Part shown: in pieces, positions 1 to 11,555 of the stretch
Layout of the letters: every line of letters begins with the position of its first letter
Position numbering within the stretch: the first letter of the stretch is position 1
NCBI GenBank assembly: GCA_051294905.1
Contig: CM119384.1
Location: 4,402,001-4,466,000 of the forward strand
DNA length: 64,000 nt
Direction of reading: 5' to 3'
Source: Botryllus schlosseri
Lineage: Eukaryota
The notes under the pieces: generated by a model
What the model was told of the DNA's origin: nothing
The model's input: only the letters and a program-made list of their open reading frames with translations
Databases searched by the model: none
Made by a program: the position numbers and the translations under genes

Positions 1-154
1 CCAATCCAAATTTGAATTTCATGTATTTCAAAATGGTAAGGAATTTTACAAAATTGCATGTCAAAATCCTAATCCCGTTTCATACAAGGATCGCAAATCC
101 AAGTCGGTCAAACCCGTTTCATTCATATAGAAAACACAACCGATTTATATTCAT

Positions 155-376
155 TTGGGTATGTATCTAGTCTATAGATTATTTATATACAGATTCTATA
201 GAATATTATTCATGTATGGATCAGTAATGTCTGGACTGGATGAAAAGAACATAACCGTTGGGTATTATGATTATTTTATTCGCAATCAGAAATACTTGGA
301 TTCGGATTCGGATATTTTGAATCCACTAGTGTCTCATGTTTTGAAACATGGATGGATTGGTCATGGTCAACATTGA
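155..376 (+). CDS. Possible terminal exon of an unidentified upstream gene
   Basis: Open frame ...RILFMYGSVMSGLDEKNITVGYYDYFIRNQKYLDSDSDILNPLVSHVLKHGWIGHGQH* with possible AG acceptors near 190-200. The stop lies 27 nt before the ERCC1 ATG. No family recognised. Confidence 0.3.
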   Translation: MGMYLVYRLFIYRFYRILFMYGSVMSGLDEKNITVGYYDYFIRNQKYLDSDSDILNPLVSHVLKHGWIGHGQH

Positions 377-403
377 TGTAGCAAGATTTCGGATGCTGGG
401 ATT

Positions 404-1309
404 ATGTCGCAGGAATGGGAAGATGATGATGACGAATTACTAAATGAATGGTTGGATTCGAACGAAAATCAAGTAGATAAACCCTCTACTAGTTCAAAAA
501 GTGCTGGAAACAACAGTAGCAGTGGGGAAGTGCCAACAAATGAGGACACCCTAGCGAAACAGACCCCTGCCTCTTTCAAAGATGCGTTTGCATTTCTCAA
601 ACCCGAAGCAGAAGAAGAATTCAAAGCATGCCTCCCGAAAGGATCTAACAAGAGCATGACCTCAATTAGTGCACTTGGTTCCGGAAGTGCTGTGATTGTC
701 CACCAATGTCAACGAGGAAACCCAATTTTAGAACATATCCGTAACGTCCCTTGGCAATATGCGGACAGGGATAGCGGAATGGCACCTGACTACATAATGA
801 GTGCTACATCATGCTGCCTATTTCTGAGCTTGCGTTACCATGCGCTAAAACCAAACTACATATACGAACGCATTCAAAAATTACGCAAAACAGGCCAGTA
901 TTCGTTACGCATATTGCTTGGCCTAGTGGATGTCAAGGACCCATCACATGCCGTGAAGGAGCTAGCTAAGGCTGCCCTGGTCTCTGAGATGACACTTCTT
1001 CTTGCATTTAGCAACGAAGAGGCCGGCACGTATATTGAAACCTTCAAATCGTACAAAAATAAATCCGCAGAGTTGATCCAAAAGCGAATTAACAAGGATC
1101 ACTCAGTACGGGTGTCTGAATTATTGAATTCAGTCAAATCGATCAACTCGACAGACTCCCATACTTTACTGTCGAACTATAAAAACTTATGCGCCGTTGC
1201 AAATGCATCTGAGCATGATCTAGCCCTGCTTCCTGGAATTGGTGGGCTTAAAGCTCGGAGACTCCATGGTATTTTCACACAGCCTTTTCTTAAAAATCCT
1301 GACTCTTGA
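404..1309 (+). CDS. ERCC1: DNA excision repair protein ERCC1, single exon, 301 aa
   Basis: Central domain motifs QRGNPILEHIRNVPW, PDY, FLSLRYH..KPNYIYER, LRILLGLVDV and EEAGTYIETFK; C-terminal HhH2 (KSINSTD..TLL, LALLPGIG..KARRL). Confidence 0.97.
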   Translation: MSQEWEDDDDELLNEWLDSNENQVDKPSTSSKSAGNNSSSGEVPTNEDTLAKQTPASFKDAFAFLKPEAEEEFKACLPKGSNKSMTSISALGSGSAVIVHQCQRGNPILEHIRNVPWQYADRDSGMAPDYIMSATSCCLFLSLRYHALKPNYIYERIQKLRKTGQYSLRILLGLVDVKDPSHAVKELAKAALVSEMTLLLAFSNEEAGTYIETFKSYKNKSAELIQKRINKDHSVRVSELLNSVKSINSTDSHTLLSNYKNLCAVANASEHDLALLPGIGGLKARRLHGIFTQPFLKNPDS

Positions 1310-1557
1310 TCGAAGCATTCCAACGGTCAATTGACTCCTACTGTACTGCCATACAAATATCAGGGTACGCCATGCTTCGATGTTGTATTTCAGTCATCTT
1401 CATAATGAGGCTCAAGTTGAATCGGTTACCGTTATTCGCCCAAAACTGTGTATTACTACTTAGCGTAAGCTATCTGTTTCTTCAAACTCAGTGCACCTCC
1501 ATGACGAGTATGTGTAAATGATATTTTTACAAATACGTCTAATACAGATATGATAGC

Positions 1558-1993
1558 CAGAGGTGGTAACAAAGTACTACTTCTATGTATTCGCATATTT
1601 GCACCGCTTTGTCACATGGTCATGATTTCATTCTACTTCTACTCATGGACCTCGTTATTTTATGCAAAACTAGACCTAGAACACTTATTATATCAATTGT
1701 AAATTGCTACTTGGACTTGAGGTAGAAACTTTTTCGTACAATTGGAGATCGATGCTAATACTTCTGTAGAAATCCTCATTTTCCCGGAAGAAACCTGGCC
1801 TAGAATACTTGAAAATTTCTGCTTCCAGTGAAAATCTAAGTTGCTAATGCCATTTTGATGTTTTAGGAAACCTGGTCCAAGACTACTTGCTTATTTTCAT
1901 ACTTGAAAATCCCAACTTCTACCTGTACTTAACTAGAAATTTACGCTGTTACATCTACACCAGTACCAACAATGACTATCTTGACCACCTCTG
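1558..1993. mobile_element. hAT-type MITE, CAGAGGTGG family
   Basis: TIR cagaggtggt..accacctctg, subterminal tacttct/tacttg repeats, degenerate 8-bp flanks (atgatagc/gtgatgac). Family copies at 4972-5317 and 44119-45533. Confidence 0.7.
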
Positions 1994-2090
1994 GTGATGA
2001 CGGAGATATAATATAACTTGTCACAATAAAAAAAATGCAACAAATTGAAAATATTGCACAGTGTTTCCACTTCATAGTCGGACGGCAAAG

Positions 2091-5000
2091 TTATAGAATG
2101 GTGCACCAATCACAAACGGACTTCAACGGCTTGGCCGATGGGATCTCTGACATTTCCTCAGTGTCCGTGCTGTAAGAACCATTCTTGTCTGGAGTGGATC
2201 TCTTTCGTTTTCGCATTGAATTCTTCCAGAACCAGCCCGAGCCTTCGTCGGCACTCGTGTCGTCATCGTTCGATGAAACTTCCGAGTCAGCAGCTGGTCT
2301 AGTCAGACCTTTTACTTTTCTTCCGATTATAGTTGGAGCGTCATCAGCTAAGTCGCCCCGCAGACTGCTTTGAACAGACAGCAAAATGACGCTATTTAGC
2401 AAAGGTGGTCAATATCAAAGCGCTTCTACCCAAGTGATTATGTTTTGTATTTCGTCCAAATCCTTTTGAAGCTACTTGCCAAGTACTTCTCGGCTGATAA
2501 ATTTTCTATTTCGAATTGGAAGTAGTTTTGACAACTCGGAAATTGCTAATTCTACTTGTCGCTGAATATATTTTGGAAGATTACACCTACTTTTAGTATC
2601 ATTAGTCATTTTGCGTTTGTCACGAAGATATATCTTGCAATATCGAAAGTAAGCGATCCCTATTTACGCAATTACTTCTACTTGAGCACCAAAGCTGACA
2701 GATTTGACCACTTCTGGTATTTAGTCGATGCTATTTCGGCACAGTAACCGCAGCACAAACAAAATACATCAATAGACATAGGTCCCACGATCTATACCAG
2801 CGGCGGGCAACTTCTCCAGTCGGTGGGCCGGGTATGGGAAAATGAAGCACTTGGTGCGCAGGATTCCTGAATCGAGACATTGAAGGGGCACTGCGCTCTA
2901 AAAAACAAGGTGTCTCAAAGTGTAGGGCAAAACGAACAAACATTTTTGGCAGCAATATTCCTTCTTAACGCCACTGTAATGGGGGTGCAATTTATTGAAA
3001 TTTCCACAGTACCTTCACGCTCCGACTGCGCGTCATTTCTTAACCCGTTAAATGGCACCATGTCCACACTTGCTCGAGGCGATTAGGCAGTCACGCAAAG
3101 AACGAACTTTAGATAGTTGTTGACATATTTCCTTCATAACATCGGCTGACAACTATCTAAAGTTCGTTCTCTGCATGACTGCCTAATCGCGTCGAGCAAG
3201 TGCGACAGTGAAGACATCCTGCCATGTACTAGTTCAAGAATGATGCGCAGCCGCGACAGCTGGAGCGTGAAGGTCCTGTGGAAATTTCAATAAATTGCGG
3301 CTCCATTACGGTGGCGTTCTGTAGGAAATGGCTGCGACCTAATTTTTTTTTCCGTATTGCCCTTTAATTTGAGATCACATCAATTTTAGAGCGCAGTGCC
3401 CCTTTAATCCCGTAACTATCCACCTATAGAAGGAATTTAACGTATTCAATGTGAACTTGAAGGTTAAAGCGTCAAGACCGAAAACATTGTTGAATGACTT
3501 TATTAGTGTAGTGTACGCTACTTCAACAGCTGCTGGAGTCTGAGACATCTGTGGTACATCACAAACACAATTGTCAACAAGTTCTTTGAATTCTGGCTGA
3601 ATGACGGAACTAGAAACTCTTAATTTGATTTGAATGCAGCTTAGTATTGTTAATGTTGATGTATAGTGCAGGCAATCATATTTCATCCGGCAAAATTTCA
3701 GACCACTATCATTAATCTAACACACGAGTGCTTCGATGATTCAAGATAGCCTAACGCACCATGTAAAGATACAGCCCACCAAGCGAACAACTACGACGAA
3801 AGCATTACAACTGAAGAGAGTATTAATACAAACCTTGCTTCACCGTTTATTAAATGCCAGACGGTGAGTTTTTCTCCGCCTGAAACCACGTACTGGAATT
3901 TGTCATTGAAAAGCGTGGACATGGAAGTCATTCTCGGGGTATCGTCCTCGTAAAATGAAGTTATGTATTCTAAGAGACACTCGTTGTCCAGAGATCGCAC
4001 TGCAATTACAAAGTAATCATTTACTTTGACAAAGTTTTTGAACAAAATACATGATAATCTTGAAATATCGAATTCCAGATCATGCCAGATGTGGTCAGTA
4101 AGGATGTACTTATACTTTGAAGTAATTTCTACCATCAGCTTTTCAAGCGAATCTAGGCTGATTTATATATTTGAAAATCCTTTATTTCTTGTTGAGTAGA
4201 ATTTACGACCTTAATTCTGCTGGCTACTCTGACCACCTCTGAACAGAACTAATGAAGCTCAAAAGTTTTGAATTTACTTTATTTACCTGGAAATCGATAG
4301 TTGTAGCCTACTCGTGTAAAAATTTATGATGTTACTTCTTCTACTCGTGTACAAACGATCACTACTTTTTCCACCTCTGCATAATACACAAGATCACTTA
4401 CGGTTGATGGAACCTCTTCCCGTATCTAAATCGTAGCTGGTTGAGAACAGCAAGTCATTTTCGACACAAACACCGTCTGTTATACCGGGAACGCCAGGCT
4501 TGTGATTTCGTATCTTGCTATAGCCTCCTGTCAGACGGAAACACTCAGCATCTGCTACACTAAGTCTTGCAGTTTATATTGACATACCTGACGACGGTTT
4601 CCACACCTTCATATTACATCCATCATCACCAAAGTAGATCTCTGTTTCCCGCAAATCAAAAGCTTGTATCGTACGATATGGAACATATTCATCGTGTTCG
4701 TCAAACGAATGCTGAATTTTCAAGTCGAATTCAAGGTCAGAAGAAAATTTGCTCTTGATTGGTCCATCGCCGGAGGCCTTCCGCATTGTGACGTTCCACA
4801 CTTTGATCGAGCCGTCCGCTGATGATGTCACGATTTTATGATTGCATACCTATGTGTAACAGAAGGATTGGTAAGATAGGTACCGCACGACAAGGGAAGG
4901 AATAGCCAGAGACAGCGACGGCTCATTTGGAAAATTCAAAATAGGAAGGGGTTTCCGGCTATCCGAATACGCAGAGGTGGCCAGTAATGATGTACATATA

Positions 5001-8000
5001 ATTTTGTAGCATTTTAGCAGGTTTTGACAACTAGTACTTCTTAGGCGCTCAAGTGGTTATGTTTCCAAATTACATTCGCTTCTACTTAAAGGTTTGTAGG
5101 CAGTTTTGGGATATTTTTGCATCACATATATATGACTGAAATTGCCATAATAACTTGGCGAAATAGTCACAGTAACTGAACATAGTATCGATAGTACTTT
5201 CAAGACCTTCATTTTGTGCTTCCACTTTAGGCGATGACGGTTTGAAATGCCACAGAATTCACTAGTTCTACTTGTAATCAACTTGATAACCAACGTTGAC
5301 TACTTTGACCACCTCTGTCAACATGCTCTAGTTATCCCATTGTTTGGTTCTTGAAATCGCAATACAAAAACATAGTTCACGAAAAACACTAACCTTCATC
5401 GAGGTGATAAGACCATTGTGTAAAATAGATGAAAATAATTGAATACTCGAACAAAGGTCGTAAACCGACAAGTTTCCGCTACTAGAGCCTGTCAAACAAA
5501 GGCATTGACATCACGACTCGGAAACAAATCAAATAATCTGATGCACTCACCAACAAAAATAGCATTTCCGAAGTACTCCAGCGAAGACACGGGGTTGTAA
5601 TTGTAGATGGACTTGACAAAAAGACCGCTCGGGATTATCCACAACCTCACAGAGCAATCGGTCGACCCACTGACTAAGATTCTCTCATTTTCACTTTCCC
5701 GCTTTTTAATATCGGCAAACACTTCGACTGTTGAGAGATCCATCTCACACCCTGTGAAATATAGCTAATGGTTGAAACTTTTCATTAGAAAAACATCTGA
5801 CAATATGATACCGGTACATGGCTGTTAGTATGTGTGAGTGACAAAAATGCGTAGATAAGGAATCCGCTATTCATATCCAGGCATCACACTCCAGTCCAAA
5901 ATTGCAAGTGTGCAAATAGAACCGCGCCAAACAGGATCATGGAAAAGTAATGCCACATCAGACAACTGAAACTCTTGACAGGCTAGCAGGTTTTGTGTTC
6001 AGACAAAAGTAGTTAGCGTTGGCAATTATTATTGAGTTGAAAAATTTAAATGTCACAATTCAACTCGAATATGGATATGAGAAGCTATTCTTAATTTACT
6101 CAATTTTATTGCGCAAACAGATCTTATGAAATAGAGTTACTTACTCAAATTGTCACTTCGATCCGGATCCATGACACGTACAGCAGTGACGTGACCAGTG
6201 TGACCACCCATGTTTTTGAGCTCCTCACCGGACACGCAATTCCATAATTTAACTGTAGTGTCACGGCTGAAACATGATAAACAACTCCACATAATATCAA
6301 TCATCCAGCGATAATTTTACTTATACAAACATACCTTCCACTAACAGCCCATCCTTCATAGACATCCGTGCATGAGATGTGATCATTGTGTCCCTGAAGC
6401 TCAACAATCTTGCATTTCACATTCTTCCACTTATTATTCAAAGTCACTTTGGCAGCCTTAGCTGTGGAAGGGCATCGATTTATGAAACAACTCGATGATA
6501 GTGTTGTTGGTGCTATTATAGCTTACGTTGGGGATTCTTTTTTGGACCTTTTTCAGAAACTTTTGCCACAGGCACTGACGCAGGAGGGGGTGAATTTTCA
6601 TAGGAATCAGCTGCATGGGTTGCTAGGTCTTCTGTATCACCACAGGAATCCGGACTGATAATATCTTCTGTCAATTCCCTATATGTAATGATTAGGGCCA
6701 TTTAAAGTCATTAAAGTCATATTTTTTTTCTATGCATCAGTAAGTCGTGAAACCAATTTTAACGAAAAAATCGCATCCATATGGGGTATATTAAGAAAGT
6801 TATAAAGTCATATAAAGTCATATTTTCCTGGTTAGGTCATATTTGAGTTATAAAGTCATATTGTTTTATACTTTAAATAAAATGTGTCAATTGAAGCAAT
6901 TACGCACTAAAAAAGTAAGTCAATTCCTCGTTGAACAAAGGCAAACTGTAAGGTTAGCCTACATAACATTACAGTCGCAGACCTATGAGGTCACACATTG
7001 CATTGTGTTGCTACACAATCTGTTTTACCTCTGTGCACTGAAGTGGGACGTAATTTGAAGTTCAGATACTTCCACAAGTGAAAGAAATAGTCAACGCACG
7101 GGAAGCTGAAGGAGTTATTGTAAAGAGTGTCAAATATTAAGTGAACGATCCAAAGTTGGCGAGTCAGTTAACAGAAATATGCCTCCACTACAACAATATT
7201 TCAAACTTGATACTGTAAATGGAGTTGTACGTACACTATCAAAGAGGCTCATGCTGATCTAAATGGCCTTGATTTCGGAAAAGATTCGCTTGAGCTCAAA
7301 AATTACATTAAGGAGTGATTGGACAAAAACGATGAGAAACAAATTATGGAGCTACAAAGACAAGACATTTCACCAGCGCTGTATGCAAAACTGCAGAAGT
7401 GTCAACAAACATCTGCGTCTGTGAAGCGCTCATTTTCCTTACTAAAGTCATTTTTACGTCCAAATAGTAACTTTAAAGACTCCAACATTCCTCACTATAC
7501 ATGGAACTGTACTACAAAAGTGGTTTAAAATAAAAATGGATGTGTATTACTGTTATGTTGTTCATGTTTTACTCGTCAGTTACATGAGTGACGCTGGTTA
7601 CATGTAAAAATACACGATTTTCGCATAAAGTCATATAAAGTCATATTTTCCCAAAAATAAAGTCATATAATTGATTTTTTAAGGTCATATAAAAATGGCC
7701 CTAGTAATGATCATCATCATCATGGTTCAATAAAATTCTATCAAATCAATACACGCGATTGCGATATTATGATGCCGAAATAATTATGCTTTGACGATGT
7801 ATGTGAATAGCAACAAACGAGCATCTACAAAATAAGCTACATCTGCAAACCTGGAGTCAGCAGTTATCTGAGTTGTGTCTGGAATTTCAACTTCATTTGT
7901 GATATCTTCATCTACAATTACAAATTGACTGCTGTTGGATCCCAATAAGTTCAACAACTATTAGAGAATATTTACCATAAGAATTAATTTCATATTCGCT

Positions 8001-8716
8001 TCCATCAGCCGTCTCTTGATCTGTCTTGCTTGTATCGAGAGAAACATTTGATTCGTTCAAAGTACTGAGCAAAGATTGCAGCGTCTCTCGGAAATCATGC
8101 TTGCGTGATACCTGTAGAAAAATGGTCAGTTGGGAGCTGTTATAGAATTTTGTCAAAGTATATATAGCCTACACTAGGGGTCTTCAGAAATTACTTTTTT
8201 TCCCAAATGGTGCTGGCTACTTGATAAAATTGTTAGGTTACTTAATTTAAGCCTACACACCAAATTTGGTTCAATTCCAACCTGTAGCCGCATTGCCACA
8301 GAACAAAGTTTCTAATCATTATATAAAAATAAAAAACAAAAAAATTGAAAATTTTCCGTTCACCCTATGAAAGTGTTAGGTTGTCTATTGAAACGATGTT
8401 CACCAAATTTGGTTCAATTCAAACCAGTGGAAGCAGAGTTATGGCCATGGAAAAATTTGGATTCCAATAAAACAGTATTTATTGTGGGCACCACTATATT
8501 AAAAAATTAAGAATGAACTACACTAAACTACCTTCTTCCTCATTTCAACTCTGCAAATCACATTCAACTTGGAACTATTCATAAAAATAATTTACTAACC
8601 TTTACTTGTTCTTCTTCATTCAATTCACGCTGCGCAGTCTCCAACCTTTCGATCTGCCGAAGCTTTTTACGTAATTTTCTGATGAATTTGAAGCTATGCT
8701 GTTGATCCTCTACCAT
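2091..8716 (-). CDS. Uncharacterised WD40-repeat protein (~612 aa, 12 exons) with N-terminal KKLRQIE coiled-coil motif and C-terminal CaaX (CTIL)
   Basis: Phase-consistent GT-AG exons: 8716-8600, 8111-7976, 7911-7851, 6678-6527, 6461-6335, 6266-6145, 5751-5551, 5488-5394, 4849-4588, 4527-4402, 3999-3834, 2364-2091 (1839 nt). WD repeats: LQGHNDHISC..AVSGSRDTTVKLWN, GGHTGHVTAV, LVSGSTDCSVRLW, TSSADGSIKVWN, FGDDGCNMKVW, VSGGEKLTVW. In-frame upstream ATGs extend to 8731. Confidence 0.85.
2884..3403. mobile_element. Kolobok-like non-autonomous DNA transposon in the last intron of the WD40 gene
   Basis: 20-bp TIR aggggcactgcgctctaaaa / ttttagagcgcagtgcccct, flanked by TTGA and TTAA. Confidence 0.6.
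3079..3190. repeat. Near-perfect hairpin (small foldback) nested in the Kolobok-like element
   Basis: Arms of ~40 bp: gcgattaggcagtcacgcaaagaacgaactttagatagttgt and acaactatctaaagttcgttctctgcatgactgcctaatcgc. Confidence 0.8.
4972..5317. mobile_element. hAT-type MITE, CAGAGGTGG family, intronic
   Basis: cagaggtgg ... tactttgaccacctctg termini with tacttc repeats; TSD not recognisable. Confidence 0.6.
6693..7703 (+). mobile_element. Internally deleted hAT element with transposase relic, in intron 3 of the WD40 gene
   Basis: TIR tagggccattt/aaatggcccta, perfect 8-bp TSD GTAATGAT, aaagtcata subterminal repeats. Relic QTSASVKRSFSLLKSFLR (7319-7528) resembles the hAT C-terminal TS.SVERSFS motif. 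Confidence 0.85.
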
Positions 8717-9342
8717 CGTAACATCCATCATCAAGAAACCGTATGCTACGCAAAACATCAATTGTAGCAAAATCATGAAGTAGACGCAACAAAATAATTG
8801 TCATTATTGGTGTGTGAATATAGTAATAACAAACTACATTGCACCCTTCACACAAAGCACATGTGCAGTTGCACATCACGATGATGTTTCAGGCACATTT
8901 CAACTCGTCAATCAAAACGTGTAAAATTCAAGTGTCCGAGTTCAAATCTCAATGCACATTACATCCACTTTAATCGTGGCCTTCACAAATGCTGCCAAGA
9001 AGAAGTAATTCATTTTCAATGCAAGCAACAAATGGCTCATTAGCGCTTTATTCAGGATTCCAATGTATCATCAAACAGCTAAAGTGATGTAAAAGTTTGT
9101 TCAACTACAATTCAATCGGTTTCAGCCACAGTAAGCTACATGACTACGCCTATACAGTTGTATGCAACAAGTGGTACTAAAATCTGTTGCATATTGGAAG
9201 TGTAACCAGCTAATTTTGGCAAGACAACATGAACAGTCCTGTCCAGTGGGTTTTAAATCGCTTTCAAAGTAGGAAAAGATACCACATAGACATCAGTGCC
9301 GATAATGACAACTATTCAAATCACAGCTTGAACAAGAAAGTG

Positions 9343-9729
9343 TTATGACGTTGAATCAGTTTTATTATTAGAGTCTGGCTCATTTTGTGAATTCAGTTCT
9401 GCATCGATTCTTTCTTTCGCTCTGAAGACTTTCGACTGGAGATACAGGGAACCTCCTTCCGCTTTATCATTAGCCTTCATTAAATGTTCATACGACTTCG
9501 TCAAGTCCTCGACATTATCAATTTTGTCAACGTTCAAAATTTTCATCGCTTCATCAAGAGAGATGCCTTGAAACCCTGTGACGGCCGCCGATTTCTGGCC
9601 TTTTTCGCCACCCCCGGCTTTCTCCGCGGCCTGCTGACTGGCGGCAAACTCCTTTCTCACGGCTCTAGTAAACGCACGGCCAACAATTTGCACTCCGGCG
9701 ACAATAACTTTTATTAAATTATTCGCCAT
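9343..9729 (-). CDS. PAM16: Mitochondrial import inner membrane translocase subunit Tim16 (Pam16/Magmas), single exon, 128 aa
   Basis: [34 protein letters not shown], then J-like domain [44 protein letters not shown]. Confidence 0.96.
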   Translation of the reverse strand: MANNLIKVIVAGVQIVGRAFTRAVRKEFAASQQAAEKAGGGEKGQKSAAVTGFQGISLDEAMKILNVDKIDNVEDLTKSYEHLMKANDKAEGGSLYLQSKVFRAKERIDAELNSQNEPDSNNKTDSTS

Positions 9730-10655
9730 GTTTGGCCGCAAGACGTATAAAAAGTTCTATGAAACAAAGAACGCGGTTATTGTTATCTTTTCATCGAGTA
9801 GGCATTCGTAAGATTCGAGAGGGTAATACATGGGGAAATATTGCAGATAATTCAACAGTCACTAAGCACTCAAATCGAACATAACGGCAAATATCACTTC
9901 ATATTTGGCTAGCAAACTAACCCAAACACCTTGATTGCTAAGCACAATGACTTGAACAATAACTCGGCTGTTTCCATCACATCTGAAACATGTTGATTCT
10001 TTAATTCTAATCACTTACTCTATCAAGATTTCATATAGTAGAATAAGAATATGCTTCTAGAGATTGCATTACTGTTCTAGGTTCTATATCAATTGTATAC
10101 AATGTAGAATTAGCATTACACTCTTATCATGCTTCAATATTGGGTGAATCGCAACTCGTGGATCGCCTTCATACTTTCTCGGAAAATTCAATGCAAATGT
10201 ACCGAATCATTATTGACTTGCGTGCGGTGACAAAATTCTTGGTTCTGCTCGTTAAATCGTATGACACAAATTGAAAATTGGAATACTATGAAGTTGCTTC
10301 AATAAGAAACAGTATTACGCTGTTGGTTCAAAGCACCAAGACACCAAAACCAGGACTGATATCGTCACAACCCACAAGAATAAAATTTGCTTCACCAGTC
10401 AAATTATAAAAGGCAAATTGGAAATAAACTTTCGAGTATCCGCACTTTGGTCGCATGAACAATTGAACATCAAAGTACGCAATTGGAATATGAGGAGTTC
10501 GGTAAGCGACCACACAGAAACGCGGCAAATCGTTCATTTCATCACAAAATAGTTCACACCGATTAGCAGCCGTATTGCATTTCGCCGCATCAAATCCACG
10601 CCTTTCACTAAATAAGTTTCAGTCTCTATATCTTGAAATGAACATTGCGGGAGGA

Positions 10656-11555
10656 CTAATCGGTTTCGCCTGCGGGCGAGCGTTTCGCGCGATTTCTCGG
10701 GGTACGACGGGGGGACGGAGAACCCTTGTTCATCTTTTTCAACGTATCCTGCGGAATCCAGCTGTAATCCACATTCCCACCAGCGGTTCCCAATTCTACA
10801 GGGGTATGGCTTCTCGATGAGGTTGCGCGTTTAATTGTTTTGCTCTTTGAAGCAGCTACGGTGTACAGGCCAAAAACGGCTAACGATAAAAGTGAAGCCA
10901 GTACAACATACATGAAGAATGTTTCAGCATCCACACCTTCTTCATTCTCTTGTACAGTGACCGTCTTGTTGAAAATAGTGTCTAAATACAGATTATCTTC
11001 AGTGTCTTTATAATTTAGCTCAAGAACAAGCCCAAACGGACGGCCCGCAGCCATATCAGCCGCCATAAATTCATACACGAAAGAACCCTCTTTACCGGCG
11101 TCGATCATTTTGTTCAAAGACAGGCCTGTGAAGTTTTGGATGTAATATGAGTAGTCTTGTGGGTATCGGAAAGATCCAGATATTCCTGTCATTATGAAAT
11201 TTTTGGAGCCGGTGTTGGCGAAATGAATGTATGACGTCACAGCTTTTCCGGCGATCAATTCCGCTTCTTCGCCGCTCGAGAAAAGAATCGCGGTCGATGT
11301 ATCTGGGTGTGGGGCGAGAGATGCGACTTGATCTTCGGATTCTGAATCGCTCTGTTGCCCGTCTACCTCCGCCTCATCATCGTCATCTTCTACCTCTGCT
11401 TCATCATCTTCTACGTCCACATCATCTCCAGTTTCATCAATTTCTCCTTCATCATCTTCAACTTCGTCCTGTTCAGCGTTGGCCGCGAATTTGTCTTGGA
11501 TGCACAACAGGTGCGTTGAGAAAAGTAAGCAGAACAAAATCGACAACTTCCACAT
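10656..11555 (-). CDS. SSR1: Translocon-associated protein subunit alpha (TRAP-alpha), single exon, 299 aa
   Basis: Signal peptide, acidic N-terminus, SFRYPQDYSYYIQNFT, GRPFGLVLELNYKD, FNKTVTV.E..EGVDAETFFMY plus TM helix, VELGT..NVDYSWIP..TL, basic C-terminal tail. Confidence 0.97.
   Translation of the reverse strand: MWKLSILFCLLFSTHLLCIQDKFAANAEQDEVEDDEGEIDETGDDVDVEDDEAEVEDDDDEAEVDGQQSDSESEDQVASLAPHPDTSTAILFSSGEEAELIAGKAVTSYIHFANTGSKNFIMTGISGSFRYPQDYSYYIQNFTGLSLNKMIDAGKEGSFVYEFMAADMAAGRPFGLVLELNYKDTEDNLYLDTIFNKTVTVQENEEGVDAETFFMYVVLASLLSLAVFGLYTVAASKSKTIKRATSSRSHTPVELGTAGGNVDYSWIPQDTLKKMNKGSPSPRRTPRNRAKRSPAGETD

Noticed and set aside
3375-3686. 103-aa ORF as an extra WD40-gene exon
   Set aside because: Splice signals are weak, it runs into the Kolobok-like TIR, and exon 11 joins exon 12 in phase without it.
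6513-6526. Apparent 14-nt in-phase GT-AG micro-intron (gtaagctataatag) in the WD40 gene
   Set aside because: A better acceptor (cccttccacag, 6462) gives a normal 65-nt intron in the same phase, matching the 60-68-nt introns nearby.
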